The notes: generated by a model not told the origin, from the letters alone. A stretch of 64,000 bases of DNA from an uncultured delta proteobacterium (GCA_963727625.1 CAVSHR010000004.1:864001-928000), one strand, 5' to 3'. Positions 1 through 10,049 are shown, numbered from the stretch's first letter. Numbers and translations: made by a program.

Positions 1-242
1 ACGGCGAAATTTATTCCTTTACCGTAATCCGCCAAGTGGTCGGCCGGGCCGCATCTCAAGCTTTCGCGCCTGACATCCCCTATGTCATTGCCTGGGTTGA
101 TCTCGACGAAGGTCCGCGCATGATCACGAACATCGTAAATTGCCCCGTTGAAGACGTTACGCTCAGCATGAAAGTCTCGGTAGTCTTCGAGCAAGCATCA
201 AAGGACATTTGGCTGCCTAAATTCAGACCGGCCGTCGGTTGA
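1..242 (+). CDS. DUF35/ChsH2-like OB-fold protein, C-terminal part (5' end outside window)
   Basis: Frame is open from base 3: GEIYSFTVIRQ...PYVIAWVDLDEGPRMITNIV...MKVSVVF...LPKFRP, the typical OB_aCoA_assoc C-terminus. Confidence 0.85.
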   Translation, partial: GEIYSFTVIRQVVGRAASQAFAPDIPYVIAWVDLDEGPRMITNIVNCPVEDVTLSMKVSVVFEQASKDIWLPKFRPAVG

Positions 243-249
243 ATTCCCC

Positions 250-840
250 CAGCGCACGCACGCCCGCGAAACCAAAAGCTTATCGCCGTCGCCCTGCACA
301 CCATGGCACATGGCGCCGTTAGCCAAGTAAACCTGCCTCGCCCAAGGAAGCGGCGAAGGAAATGTTTTATTTGGCGCGGCGCTTCGGCGGCGCCAATTTC
401 CCGTTCCCAACGATGTTTCAGCGCCGCGATCACCAAGCTCTTGAATCGAAAGGCTGAAGAGACGATGTCTCCGGCAGCGCATCGATGCATAAGTGAATAT
501 TGGGCCGCATAGGGGCCGCTGGAAAATGGCACCACCGCCACCCCGCGGGTTGATGTGACGGAAGCGAACTTCACCTTTGGGCCCCTTCCATTCGACGTTA
601 TACATGGTCTGGCGCACCCCAGTGAAGGGAAGCACGCGCTCCACGGTAAAGCCCCTCAAGTATTTTTCCGCATACTGTTTGGCGATTTCCTTGGCCGGGT
701 CCAACGAGACCGCTTCACCGGGACCGTACTCTGGATTTCCATTTGCGTCGCGATGATCTGAATGGCTTGGAGTACTGCTAAAAATGCAAATAATGAAAGC
801 CAACGACTTGCGTGCAAAGCGACGATCGGTAATTTCATGG
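250..840 (-). pseudogene. Decayed remnants: cytochrome c-like fragment and a small exported protein fragment
   Basis: RQVYLANGAMCHGVQGDGD matches a c-type cytochrome start, with CxxCH altered to GxxCH (GGC vs TGC, 303-317). The upstream part (AVSLDPAKEIAKQYAEKYLRGFTVERV) looks like a separate exported protein. No clean starts. Confidence 0.4.
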
Positions 841-1002
841 AACAAAACCTCCGCTACAGCGATGTCCCCCCTTCCATACTCGCGGCAGAACGCTAGTGTC
901 AGGAAAGGTGGCGTCATCACTCAGTGCTTTTTTAGTTTTTCTTGTGTTGCTTCGACGACTTGGGTTAATCAAGGAAGAATATCCTTTGCTCTGGAGATTC
1001 CG

Positions 1003-2460
1003 ATGGAAGAGATCCGTATCATCGATACCACCCTGCGCGACGGCAACACTAGTCTCTGGGCGCACAATATGACGACGGGCATGATGCATCCGGTCCTGCG
1101 CCCCATGGATCAGGCCGGCTTCGATGGAATGGAGTTCTTCGTCAGCGGCCGCTTCAAGAAAGTCGTCCGCGAGCAGCGCGATAATCCCTGGGACTGGGTA
1201 CGTTACGGTCACAAGGAGATCAAAAATACCCGTCTGCGCTACCACGGCGGGTTGAGCAGTGGCTTTACGCTTACCCCGGCTTGCATTCCCCGTCTGATCA
1301 TTGAGCGGGTGGTTCACTACGGCATCACGCTGACCCGGCTTTCCGATCCGTGGAACGATTATGACAAGCTCGGCAAGGAGGTCGCCGAGCTAAACACCCT
1401 TGGTATGGAATCGGTGGTCAACATCATTTACTCGATCTCGCCGCGTCACACCGACGATTATTACGCGCGCAAAACGCGCCAGGCGGCGGCGACGAAACCG
1501 TATCGGCTTTGTTTTAAAGACGTCGGCGGCATGCTCACGCCGGAGCGTGCCCGAACGCTCGCGCGCCTGATTCTCGATAACGCCGGAGATGTTCCGGTTG
1601 AATTCCACGCGCACTGCAATAACGGGCTTGCGCCGTTCAACCTTCTAGAAGTTGTCAAGCAAGGGCTTCGCATCGTTCACACTTCGGTGCCGCCGCTCGC
1701 CAATGGTTCAGCGCAACCGTCCATCTTCAATGTCGTGCGCAATCTATGCGCACTTGGCTACAAACCTTTAGTCAACGAAAAGGTGCTCGAACCCATCGAG
1801 CAGCACTTTCGCCGAATCGCCTGGGCAGAAGGCCTACCCATTGGCGCGCCACGCGAATACGACGAGACCTGGTATCGCCACCAGGTTCCCGGCGGTATGA
1901 TTTCCAATCTGCGCCACCAGCTCAAGATGCTCGGCAAAGAAGACAAGATGCAAAATGTGCTCGAAGAAATCGTCCAGGTCCGCGCCGAGTTCGGCTACCC
2001 GATCATGGTTACGCCCTTTGCGCAATTCGTTGGGAGCCAGGCCGCTATCAACACCATGACTGGCGAACGCTACAAGGAAGTCACCGACCAGGTCATTCAG
2101 TACGCGCTGGGACTTTGGGGCAAAGAAGGCGCTGACTATATGGACCCTGAAACTAAAGCGAAGGTGCTCAATCGCCCCCGTGCTCGCGAGCTAGAGAGAT
2201 TTGAACGCCCTGACCTGTCATTGGCGGACGTGAGAAAACAATACGGCGGAGCGGGCCTATCGGACGAAGAATTGCTGCTCCGCTATTACGCCGGACCCGA
2301 GTTCGTTGACGCACTCAAGTCGTCAGCTCCGAGAAAAGAATATCTCGACGCCCGCAAGCCGCTGGTCAAGCTCGTGGAAGAGCTTGTCAACAAAAATCAG
2401 GCGGCGCATGTTTACATCAGGCGCAACGAGTTTACTCTGTCCGCCGGGCGCAATCGGTGA
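1003..2460 (+). CDS. Pyruvate carboxylase subunit B / oxaloacetate decarboxylase alpha-like carboxyltransferase, no biotinyl domain
   Basis: IIDTTLRDG, CFKDVGG, EFHAH, HQVPGGMISNL and GYPIMVTPFAQ motifs. GGAG RBS at 993-996 before ATG 1003. No AMKM motif. Confidence 0.85.
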   Translation: MEEIRIIDTTLRDGNTSLWAHNMTTGMMHPVLRPMDQAGFDGMEFFVSGRFKKVVREQRDNPWDWVRYGHKEIKNTRLRYHGGLSSGFTLTPACIPRLIIERVVHYGITLTRLSDPWNDYDKLGKEVAELNTLGMESVVNIIYSISPRHTDDYYARKTRQAAATKPYRLCFKDVGGMLTPERARTLARLILDNAGDVPVEFHAHCNNGLAPFNLLEVVKQGLRIVHTSVPPLANGSAQPSIFNVVRNLCALGYKPLVNEKVLEPIEQHFRRIAWAEGLPIGAPREYDETWYRHQVPGGMISNLRHQLKMLGKEDKMQNVLEEIVQVRAEFGYPIMVTPFAQFVGSQAAINTMTGERYKEVTDQVIQYALGLWGKEGADYMDPETKAKVLNRPRARELERFERPDLSLADVRKQYGGAGLSDEELLLRYYAGPEFVDALKSSAPRKEYLDARKPLVKLVEELVNKNQAAHVYIRRNEFTLSAGRNR

Positions 2461-2729
2461 GATCAGACCTCGCCCAATTTCGAAACACTTAAGCCGCAGC
2501 CTGGGAACCCCACGACCTTTGTCGGTCCGGGCATATTCCGCTCACGCACCATCCAGCGATATCCGGGCAGTTCTGCGACGGAGGGCGTCCCTACTTTTCG
2601 TTTAATCCAGCTGATTCTTTCCCATGATTCCGAAAACTATTTGGTACCAAGACCGTTTCTAGTGAAGAACCCTGTACAGGAAACCGGGTTTCGCTAAAAC
2701 GTCGGAAGAAAACACAGGAGCAAACAACC

Positions 2730-3275
2730 ATGCTCAAAAGAAAATCGTTCCAGGTTGCCGCCATTTTGGTTGGCGGCGCGCTTGCCCTGCCACCCGTCCT
2801 TCTTGCCGCCGAGAAAGACAACATGATGAAAGACGATAAGGGTAAAATGGTGGAAGAGACGGGCGGGAACATGAAGGAGAATAAAGCCGGCGCCATGAAA
2901 CCGGACAAGGGAAAGATGTCGAAGGACAATATGAAGCAGGAAAAAGGCAAGGCCAAAACCGGCACTGACAAAATGAAAATGAATAAGATGGAAGACAAGA
3001 GGATGTATTCGTCCCGTCTATCCGAATCCCCGCGGGTCGTCGAGTCAGACGAGATCGGCCTGTCCTCCCAACGGCCGTCGCCGGTGGCATCCCGCTTCTT
3101 CGCCGACGGCCGGCCATCGTTATTAGTTAATCACCAAAAAACTCACGACGATGTCTCGGAAGTGCGTGAGTCCTTCGGAAGCTCGGGCACACATGAAGAA
3201 GTCCATCAAATTCAACTGCGCGGCAACTGCTATGACCGGCAATCAATCTCAGCGGTGTCGAGTCACGCCGGTTAA
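2730..3275 (+). CDS. Exported Met/Lys/Asp-rich low-complexity (MXKDX-repeat-like) protein; the meaningful part probably ends near 3008
   Basis: AGGAG RBS, signal peptide, then repeats MMKDD, MKEN, MKPD, MSKDNMKQE, MEDK. The tail after 3008 looks non-coding. Confidence 0.65.
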   Translation: MLKRKSFQVAAILVGGALALPPVLLAAEKDNMMKDDKGKMVEETGGNMKENKAGAMKPDKGKMSKDNMKQEKGKAKTGTDKMKMNKMEDKRMYSSRLSESPRVVESDEIGLSSQRPSPVASRFFADGRPSLLVNHQKTHDDVSEVRESFGSSGTHEEVHQIQLRGNCYDRQSISAVSSHAG

Positions 3276-3343
3276 ACCATTTGCCAATTCGTATGACTCC
3301 GCTCCGACTCCAATGCTTTCATATCTTCATCCTGCTTCTCGAT

Positions 3344-4147
3344 TTATTGAACGCTATCGACGAATTGCGCGTCCGCGCGCCGGATGAAGCCCGGCGGGTT
3401 GCCCCGTCGAGAGCGCACTTCGAGCCAATCGCCGCGGGTGCTGACAACGTTGACCCGAACGCCGCTAGGAATATTGGCCACCACTCGAGAGGATGGCGAT
3501 GCGGATTCGAACAAGGTCGTAGCGCGAAGGGTTTGGTAAATTCCCGGACTGACGCCAGCGCGCGACGCAGACACGGGCGGGGGCGGTCGATTGGCGCGGC
3601 TCGAGGGCGGCGCATCCCGTCCTGCGGGCTTAAATTGCGGCCGTCGCTGCTCTGGTTTCGGCGCGGGCGCAGGAGTTTCCAACGGTGGCGGCGATGCAGC
3701 CTTCGGCGGTCTCGGTATGAACAAAGAGGATTGCGATTGTTCGCTCCCCTCGCCAGAAGATTTGTTTTCTTCGGTCGCGGAGGCCAGCGGAGGCCCTTTG
3801 GTTTGCGGGACCAGCGCTTCTGCCACGCTAGTTTTCTGTGGGGTGGGCTCGCGCAGCAGATCGGTTCCAAAATAGACGCCGGCAACGGCGAGGACAATCA
3901 CGACGATTGCGCCCGCGATGATCATCCTCATGTTGCTGTCGACCGCATCCCTCGGCGGCGAAAAGGGCATCATTTGCTGGCGACGATTGCTCACCTCGGC
4001 AGGTCTCGCCGGCGCAGTCGGTTCTGTGGAAGTCGGAGATGGAGCATAAACTGCGGAAGGGTCCGGGGCTCGCCCGATCCTGGCTCCGCACCCCTTGCAG
4101 AAATTGTCTTCCGGATCAATTTGTGTGCCACATTGCGTGCAAAACAT
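3344..4147 (-). CDS. Zinc-ribbon / TM / Pro-rich linker / SH3-like domain membrane protein
   Basis: MFCTQCG...NFCKGCG zinc ribbon, one TM helix, Pro-rich linker, C-terminal PSSRVVANIPSGVRVNVV..GDWLEV..GFI (SH3b-like). Confidence 0.8.
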   Translation of the reverse strand: MFCTQCGTQIDPEDNFCKGCGARIGRAPDPSAVYAPSPTSTEPTAPARPAEVSNRRQQMMPFSPPRDAVDSNMRMIIAGAIVVIVLAVAGVYFGTDLLREPTPQKTSVAEALVPQTKGPPLASATEENKSSGEGSEQSQSSLFIPRPPKAASPPPLETPAPAPKPEQRRPQFKPAGRDAPPSSRANRPPPPVSASRAGVSPGIYQTLRATTLFESASPSSRVVANIPSGVRVNVVSTRGDWLEVRSRRGNPPGFIRRADAQFVDSVQ

Positions 4148-4378
4148 ACGCGATTCCTCCAATGGTAAAATCGCGCCGGAGCGCGATTTGCGCAAGAGCG
4201 TATCCAGGCCCTCCGGCATCTTTTACCGCCATCGACGCCGGCATAGCGAGACATAGGATCTCGAAACCAGCCGGTGACGGATCACAATTCCTTGAATTTT
4301 TTAACCCGAAGCGATATTGAAGCCCTAACGCAAATGATTGTTTCTTCCACGGCAAACTTCAACACCCGGAGCCTAATC

Positions 4379-5359
4379 ATGAAAAAATTCGTCGCGGCTT
4401 TACCAGGCAAAGCACAGAGCTTGCTGTTGGCTGCTCTTTTCTCACTGTTGCCCTGTAACGCCCTCGCCCAGGAAAAGAAATTGATCATCGGCTATACCGC
4501 GCGCGACATGAACAATTTCCCGCTTTTCGCGGCCCAAGCCAAAGGATTTTTCAAAGAAGCCGGCAAGGAGGTCGAGCTGGTGCAGATCCGATCCAATGTC
4601 GGGCTTTCCGGCTTGCTCAGCGGCTCGGTAGACTACTACACCTCATTCAGCAGCGCGGTCACCTTGGCCGCGCAAAAGGGCGCCCCGCTCCGCGGCATTT
4701 TCAGCATGATCGAGAAGCCGAGTCTTTATATGATAACGCGCCCGGAAATCCACAACATGCAAGATCTCAGAGGCAAAATCGTCGGACTAGGCTCCGTCGG
4801 CGGAATTACGGTGGCGATTACCCGGCGTATGCTCGCCCACTACGGTATCGCTGCAAATGACTTCGCCGTCGTCTCGGCCGGCGATTTGCCGGTGCGCATG
4901 GCGGCGGTCAAGTCCGGCGCCATTCATGCAACTCTGGCGGGCTATCCGGCGCCGGTACAGGCCAAAGAAATGGGTCTCAATGTCCTGGCTTCGGCGGCCG
5001 ACATAGTCGACTTTCCCCTCGCCGGTTTGTCGACGGCGGTTACCACGCTTAAGAACAATCGCGCCGAAGTCGTTTCAGTTCTAACCGCCATGCTGCGCGG
5101 TCTGCTCTTCGTCCGCAACCAACGGAGCGAAGCCATCGCGCTGGCGCAGAAAATTTTCAAAATGGACCGTGGTCTCGCCGAAGACGGTTACGACCAGACG
5201 CTCAAGGCGTACAGCAAGGACGGCACGGCATCGGCCAAGGGCATCGAAAGCGTTTTAGAATACGCGCGCCAGCAAGGCGCGCCGCGCACCGTGACGGTCG
5301 CCGACGTCGTCGATTTCGGACCGCTCCGCGAAGCCCAGGCCGCGCTCAAGTTACGGTAG
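4379..5359 (+). CDS. ABC transporter substrate-binding protein, NMT1/TauA/SsuA family
   Basis: Signal peptide; AQAKGFFKEAG, DLRGKIVG and AAVKSGAIHA motifs. Confidence 0.85.
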   Translation: MKKFVAALPGKAQSLLLAALFSLLPCNALAQEKKLIIGYTARDMNNFPLFAAQAKGFFKEAGKEVELVQIRSNVGLSGLLSGSVDYYTSFSSAVTLAAQKGAPLRGIFSMIEKPSLYMITRPEIHNMQDLRGKIVGLGSVGGITVAITRRMLAHYGIAANDFAVVSAGDLPVRMAAVKSGAIHATLAGYPAPVQAKEMGLNVLASAADIVDFPLAGLSTAVTTLKNNRAEVVSVLTAMLRGLLFVRNQRSEAIALAQKIFKMDRGLAEDGYDQTLKAYSKDGTASAKGIESVLEYARQQGAPRTVTVADVVDFGPLREAQAALKLR

Positions 5360-5428
5360 GTTGGCTCTTTTCCGGAGACCAAACCGTTAAGTTGTAGCCG
5401 ATCTTCATAGCGAGTAGCGCGGAAGAAA

Positions 5429-6340
5429 ATGGATAAGCTGCGCTCGTTGCAGGACGCCATCGCCCATGAAGTCGGCGCCGGCATGTCGATCGCGATGGGC
5501 TGTGCGCTGGAATCGCTCATCCCCTTCGCCGCAAGCCACGAGCTCATTCGCCAGGGGCTACAAAACTTAACCCTGATCGGGCCGATCTCCGACATGCAGT
5601 TCGATCAATTGATCGGCGCCGGCTGCGTCAAGAAGATTGTCGCCTCATGGGTCGGCAACGTCGCCGCCGGCTTGGGCCACAACTACCGGCGCGCCGCAGA
5701 AGGCGGGATTCCCCATCCCATAGAAATCGAGGAACACTCCAATTTTACCATCGGTCTCGCATTGCAGGCCGCGGCGATGGGCCTGCCCTATCTGCCGACT
5801 CGCACGATCCTCGGCAGCGACTTTGCGAAAGCCGAACACTTCCACCATCTGCGCTGTCCGTTTAGCGGTGAAAAATTGCTTGCCGTACGCGCGTTGGTTC
5901 CAGACCTTGCCATTCTTCATGTTCAACGCGCGGACCGTGAAGGCAACGCCCATGTCTGGGGCAATTTCGGCGTCATGCGCGAAGCCGCGCTGGCGGCCAA
6001 GAAGGTGATTTTAACCTGCGAGGAAATCGTCGATCACGAAGTGATTCTGGGCGATCCGAATCGCACAGTGATACCCGGTTTTGTCGTCTCCAGCGTGGTC
6101 CACGAGCCTTTCGCTTCTTTTCCCTCGCCGACCCAAGGCTACGCGCGCCGCGACGACGACTTTTATTTTGAATACCACCGCGCCGGACGCACGCGCGAAG
6201 GATTTCAAGTGTGGTTGCGGGAATGGGTTCTCGGCGTTAAAAATCACCGTGAATTTCTCGATCGTCTCGGCGCAGAACGCGTCGAAAAACTGAAACCGCA
6301 AGAACCAGCGTTCGCCCCGTCTGTAAATTTTGGTTACTAA
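5429..6340 (+). CDS. Family I CoA-transferase subunit A (glutaconate CoA-transferase alpha-like)
   Basis: PFAASHELIRQG, DQLIGAG, LQAAAMGLPYLP and HVQRADREGN motifs. Confidence 0.9.
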   Translation: MDKLRSLQDAIAHEVGAGMSIAMGCALESLIPFAASHELIRQGLQNLTLIGPISDMQFDQLIGAGCVKKIVASWVGNVAAGLGHNYRRAAEGGIPHPIEIEEHSNFTIGLALQAAAMGLPYLPTRTILGSDFAKAEHFHHLRCPFSGEKLLAVRALVPDLAILHVQRADREGNAHVWGNFGVMREAALAAKKVILTCEEIVDHEVILGDPNRTVIPGFVVSSVVHEPFASFPSPTQGYARRDDDFYFEYHRAGRTREGFQVWLREWVLGVKNHREFLDRLGAERVEKLKPQEPAFAPSVNFGY

Positions 6341-6355
6341 CGCGAGGAGGAAGGC

Positions 6356-6790
6356 ATGAAAACCGTATCGTCAATGAAACTCACCCAGGAAGGCTGCGAC
6401 ATTATCGTCAACGCTGCCGTCGAAAAAGCCCGGGAACTGAAACAAGTCGTCAGCATCTGCGTCGTCGACGCCGGCGGGCACTTAATGGCGTTCAAGCGCA
6501 TGACTAACGGCCGCACGCACAACACGCTCATTTCCCAAGCCAAGGCGCGTTCGGCCGCGTTAACCACTGCGGCGACCGGGAAAAAGGGTCGGGACGGCAG
6601 CGAGATTCCCGACCATCAAGTGCTGGCGCAAACGCTCGCCGTCGGCCCGGGCTGGTTCATCAGCATCGAAGGCGGGCTGCCGATTACAGTCGAAGGCCAG
6701 TGCATCGGTGCGGTCGGGGTCAGCGGTGCCCCGTCAGCGGTCGATCGCCAGATCGGCCAGGCGGGGCTCGACGCGTTTAACAAGGCATAA
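6356..6790 (+). CDS. GlcG/HbpS family heme-binding protein
   Basis: ICVVDAGGHL, AKARSA and GGLPI..CIGAVGVSG motifs; GAGG RBS. Confidence 0.9.
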   Translation: MKTVSSMKLTQEGCDIIVNAAVEKARELKQVVSICVVDAGGHLMAFKRMTNGRTHNTLISQAKARSAALTTAATGKKGRDGSEIPDHQVLAQTLAVGPGWFISIEGGLPITVEGQCIGAVGVSGAPSAVDRQIGQAGLDAFNKA

Positions 6791-6809
6791 AGCGCGTTCA
6801 ACGCTCCAG

Positions 6810-6866
6810 GTTCAAAGTTCAAGGGGGAAAGCGGCAACATTGATCGTTAAACCTTGAACTTTGAAC
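6810..6866. repeat. 15-bp perfect inverted repeat built from heptamer units
   Basis: GTTCAAAGTTCAAGG (6810-6824) / CCTTGAACTTTGAAC (6852-6866). Confidence 0.85.
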
Positions 6867-6876
6867 GGTCATAGGC

Positions 6877-7632
6877 ATGCACTACACCCGCAGAGAGCTG
6901 ATGGTCGCCGCCGCGGCGCGGGAAATCCGCGACGGCGATAAAGTGTTTGTCGGCATGCGCCTGCCGCTGCTCGGTTTCGCCGTGGCTAAGGAAACTCACG
7001 CGCCCAACGCCGTCGGGATTTTTGAAAACGGCGTGGTGCGGGATTGGCCCGCCCTCGAACCCATCTTCACCATGAGCGATCCGCCGAACGTTGCAAATGC
7101 TCTCTACTGCGGCGGGCTGAACGATGTCATGTATCTTTTGCAGAGCGGCCGCGTCGATCTCGGTTTTATCGGCGGCGCCGAAATCGATCGCTTCGGCAAT
7201 TTAAATACCCACTGGGTGGAAGAAAACGGCAAGCGCACGCGCCTTCCCGGCAGCGGCGGTGCCGCCGATATCGCGACGCTGGCCCGACGTTGCATCATCA
7301 TCATGAATCACGAAAAGCGCCGTTTCGTGGCCAGGATTAAATACATGACCTCGCCGGGGTTCGGCCGCGGCGGAAACTGGCGCAAGTTACGCGGCCTGGC
7401 GGGCGGAGGTCCGAGGCGCGTGATCACCAGCATGGGAATTTTTTCTTTCAATCCGGTCACCCATGAAATGGTTCTTTGCACGAACCATCCCGGGGTATCG
7501 CTGGAACAGATCAGAAATGAAACCGGCTGGTCGCTCCGCATCGCCGAAAATATCTGCGAAACTACGCCTCCAACCGAACCGGAATTAGCCGCGGTCAGAA
7601 AATACGACCCGAATGGAGTATGGACTGCCTAA
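6877..7632 (+). CDS. Family I CoA-transferase subunit B (glutaconate CoA-transferase beta-like)
   Basis: FVGMRLP, IFENG (catalytic Glu), GGAEIDRFGNLN and RLPGSGGA motifs. Confidence 0.9.
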   Translation: MHYTRRELMVAAAAREIRDGDKVFVGMRLPLLGFAVAKETHAPNAVGIFENGVVRDWPALEPIFTMSDPPNVANALYCGGLNDVMYLLQSGRVDLGFIGGAEIDRFGNLNTHWVEENGKRTRLPGSGGAADIATLARRCIIIMNHEKRRFVARIKYMTSPGFGRGGNWRKLRGLAGGGPRRVITSMGIFSFNPVTHEMVLCTNHPGVSLEQIRNETGWSLRIAENICETTPPTEPELAAVRKYDPNGVWTA

Positions 7633-7668
7633 TCACCCATCACTGCACTACTCCGCCACTCCGATCTC

Positions 7669-8181
7669 TCAGGCTTCGAGCTTGACCGAATTAATCACCA
7701 CGGCCTCGACGGGCACGTCGTCATGGTGGCCTCTGCTTCCGGTCTTTACTTTTTCGATGCTTTGCACCACGTCCATGCCTTCGATCACCTGGCCGAAGAC
7801 CGCATAGCCATACTCGGCGGGAGATGGGCTGCGATGATTGAGAAAATCATTATCTTTCACGTTGATGAAAAACTGCGCGGTCGCGCTGTCAACCACGTTG
7901 GTGCGTGCCATTGCGACCGTACCAACCTTATTTTTTAGGCCGTTCGCAGCCTCGTTTTTAATCGGCGCCTTGCCGTTTTTCTCCTTCATCAGGGAATCCA
8001 TACCGCCGCCTTGGATCATAAAGCCGGGGATGACACGATGAAAAATCAGGCCGTCATAATGGCCGTCGTTTACGTACTCGAGAAAGTTCTTCGTAGTGAT
8101 CGGCGCCTTCTCGGCGTCTAGCTCAATGCGAATATTGCCCTTGCTCGTGCTCATCAATACCACCGGTTGTTTTTCCGCCAT
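7669..8181 (-). CDS. ppiB: Cyclophilin-type peptidyl-prolyl cis-trans isomerase
   Basis: [28 protein letters not shown] and YAVFG motifs; no signal peptide. Confidence 0.95.
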   Translation of the reverse strand: MAEKQPVVLMSTSKGNIRIELDAEKAPITTKNFLEYVNDGHYDGLIFHRVIPGFMIQGGGMDSLMKEKNGKAPIKNEAANGLKNKVGTVAMARTNVVDSATAQFFINVKDNDFLNHRSPSPAEYGYAVFGQVIEGMDVVQSIEKVKTGSRGHHDDVPVEAVVINSVKLEA

Positions 8182-8314
8182 GTTGCCCTCCTGAGCGTTT
8201 TTTTTACGCTTAACATCTTTTTTCGCTGAACGATACCAGGGTGGAAATTTAGCGTCGCTTGCGATATGGCTACAATCAATTGAACCGAACCTTTACAGGC
8301 GAAAAGGAGCGTTT

Positions 8315-9232
8315 ATGCCGAGCGATAGAAAAATTGAAGGAATTTTGACGCCGATGCCGGTGGCGTTCAAACATGACGGCGCCATCGATCACAAAGCGAC
8401 CGACGCGATCATCGATTTTTACTTGGACGCCGGCGTGCATGGGTTTTTTCCGCTGGGCACCCACGGACAAGGCATGGTGATGGAAATCGACGAGCGCAAA
8501 AAAGTCGCCGAGCAGATCGTCAATCGGATCAAGGGGCGCGTGCCTGTCGTCATGCATATCGGCACGGCGAATACGTTATCTTCCATCGAACTCGCCAAAC
8601 ATGCCGTGGGCCTCGGCGTCGATGCCATCGGCGTGGTGCCGCCCTATTATTACCCGCATGACGACTGGGAGGTATACGCCCATTATAAAGCCATCGCCCA
8701 GTCGGTGCCTGGCGCGCCGATGTTCATCTACGACAACACCGAGACGACCTGGGTCGAGATCACACCGGCCAAAGCCAACAAAATCATCGAGGCGATCGCG
8801 CCCAACCCGCTTGCCGGCATCAAAGTCTCCTTTATTGCTTACGACAAATTGTTGGGCTACGTGTATCAACTCCCCAAGTCGGTGGGAGTTTTCCCCGGCG
8901 GGATTTTTAACCTGTACACGGGCTACTCCGTCGGAGTGCGCGGCGCGATTCATCCGCCCTCTACCCCCTTCCCCGAGACCTGCGTAAAGATGTACGAAGC
9001 ACTCAAGGCCGGTGATCTGAAGGGCGCGCAGAAAGAACATGATCTCCTGACCCGGCTCATGCAAGTCGTTGGTAAGTACCTGCGCACCCACGGTCGCGGG
9101 GTCTTTTGCGAGCTCATGAAGCTGCGTGGCCTGCCGGTGGAACGCTTCCCGCGCTGGGCGACCCCGCCGTTCACGGACAAAGACAAAGCGGATCTCAAGG
9201 ATGGCTTGGTCAACGCCGGTTATAAGCTATAG
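8315..9232 (+). CDS. Dihydrodipicolinate synthase (DapA/NanA/KDGA)-family aldolase/dehydratase, not canonical DapA
   Basis: GTHGQG in place of GTTGE, VPPYY, FIYDN and AGIKVS (Schiff-base Lys); AAGGAG RBS. Confidence 0.85.
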   Translation: MPSDRKIEGILTPMPVAFKHDGAIDHKATDAIIDFYLDAGVHGFFPLGTHGQGMVMEIDERKKVAEQIVNRIKGRVPVVMHIGTANTLSSIELAKHAVGLGVDAIGVVPPYYYPHDDWEVYAHYKAIAQSVPGAPMFIYDNTETTWVEITPAKANKIIEAIAPNPLAGIKVSFIAYDKLLGYVYQLPKSVGVFPGGIFNLYTGYSVGVRGAIHPPSTPFPETCVKMYEALKAGDLKGAQKEHDLLTRLMQVVGKYLRTHGRGVFCELMKLRGLPVERFPRWATPPFTDKDKADLKDGLVNAGYKL

Positions 9233-9248
9233 CGTACGAGATCATATC

Positions 9249-10049
9249 ATGGGGAGCGAGCGCAAACCGCTGACGTTGGAAATAGGTAAAAAACTTTCGC
9301 CCGCGGAGGCGAAAGCCTTTACCGACGAGATCAAACACCGCATGTATGCGCTCTGGAACGAGCGCGTTTTTGGCGGCGCGTTCATGCGCGCCCTCGAAGC
9401 CGGTAAATTGCCTTTCGAAGCCATCAAGCTGTTCTGGCGCAACTGGTACAGCTATCCGGTGGAGGTGAATAACTTTCACCTGATCATCTACCAGCGCCAC
9501 CAGGGCATCTTCGCGCGCCACCGTGATCTGCTCGCACCCTACGTCGGCAAGATCAGCGACGAGCTGGTCAACCCGAGCATTCCCGGCCATATCCAGGTGC
9601 TGATCAAACAGGGCGAACAGTTCGGCGTGAGCGCCGATGAGATGATCAACTGCCAAGTGTTCGCCGAGTGCCGTGCCTTGACAGAATTCGCCCGCGGCCT
9701 GGTTTACGAGGGCAGCATGATCGAGTGGTGGGCGCGCTCGCTCAACGAGGAAATGTTCGGCCACTGGTCCAAACGCTGGCGCGAGGCGCTGCTTAACATG
9801 TATAAGATCAAGGATGCCGATCTGCACTACTTTCAGGTGCACGAAGAGGCCGATCTGCACGAGCATCTCGACGGTTTGATGGCCCATGGACAGGTGGCGC
9901 GGATGATCTTCGAGCGGCTGCTACAGGACGGAAACACCTGGTATCGTCCCGGCTGGGGGCCGGAATATTGCTGTCTCATCAATGCCGAATATGTCGCCCT
10001 GTTTCACGACGGCATTTACAAGCACGCAAAGCAGTTAGGACACTTCTAA
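9249..10049 (+). CDS. Heme-oxygenase-like (TenA/PqqC/CADD fold) probable diiron protein
   Basis: FMRALEAGKL helix start; candidate ligand set DE-x8-H (DELVNPSIPGH), NEE and YFQVHEEADLHEH resembles CADD-type ligands. Confidence 0.7.
   Translation: MGSERKPLTLEIGKKLSPAEAKAFTDEIKHRMYALWNERVFGGAFMRALEAGKLPFEAIKLFWRNWYSYPVEVNNFHLIIYQRHQGIFARHRDLLAPYVGKISDELVNPSIPGHIQVLIKQGEQFGVSADEMINCQVFAECRALTEFARGLVYEGSMIEWWARSLNEEMFGHWSKRWREALLNMYKIKDADLHYFQVHEEADLHEHLDGLMAHGQVARMIFERLLQDGNTWYRPGWGPEYCCLINAEYVALFHDGIYKHAKQLGHF

Noticed and set aside
2461-2729. Riboswitch upstream of the Met-rich protein
   Set aside because: No conserved aptamer sequence recognised.
8315-9232. dapA (lysine biosynthesis)
   Set aside because: Lacks GTTGE and lies in a catabolic-type operon.
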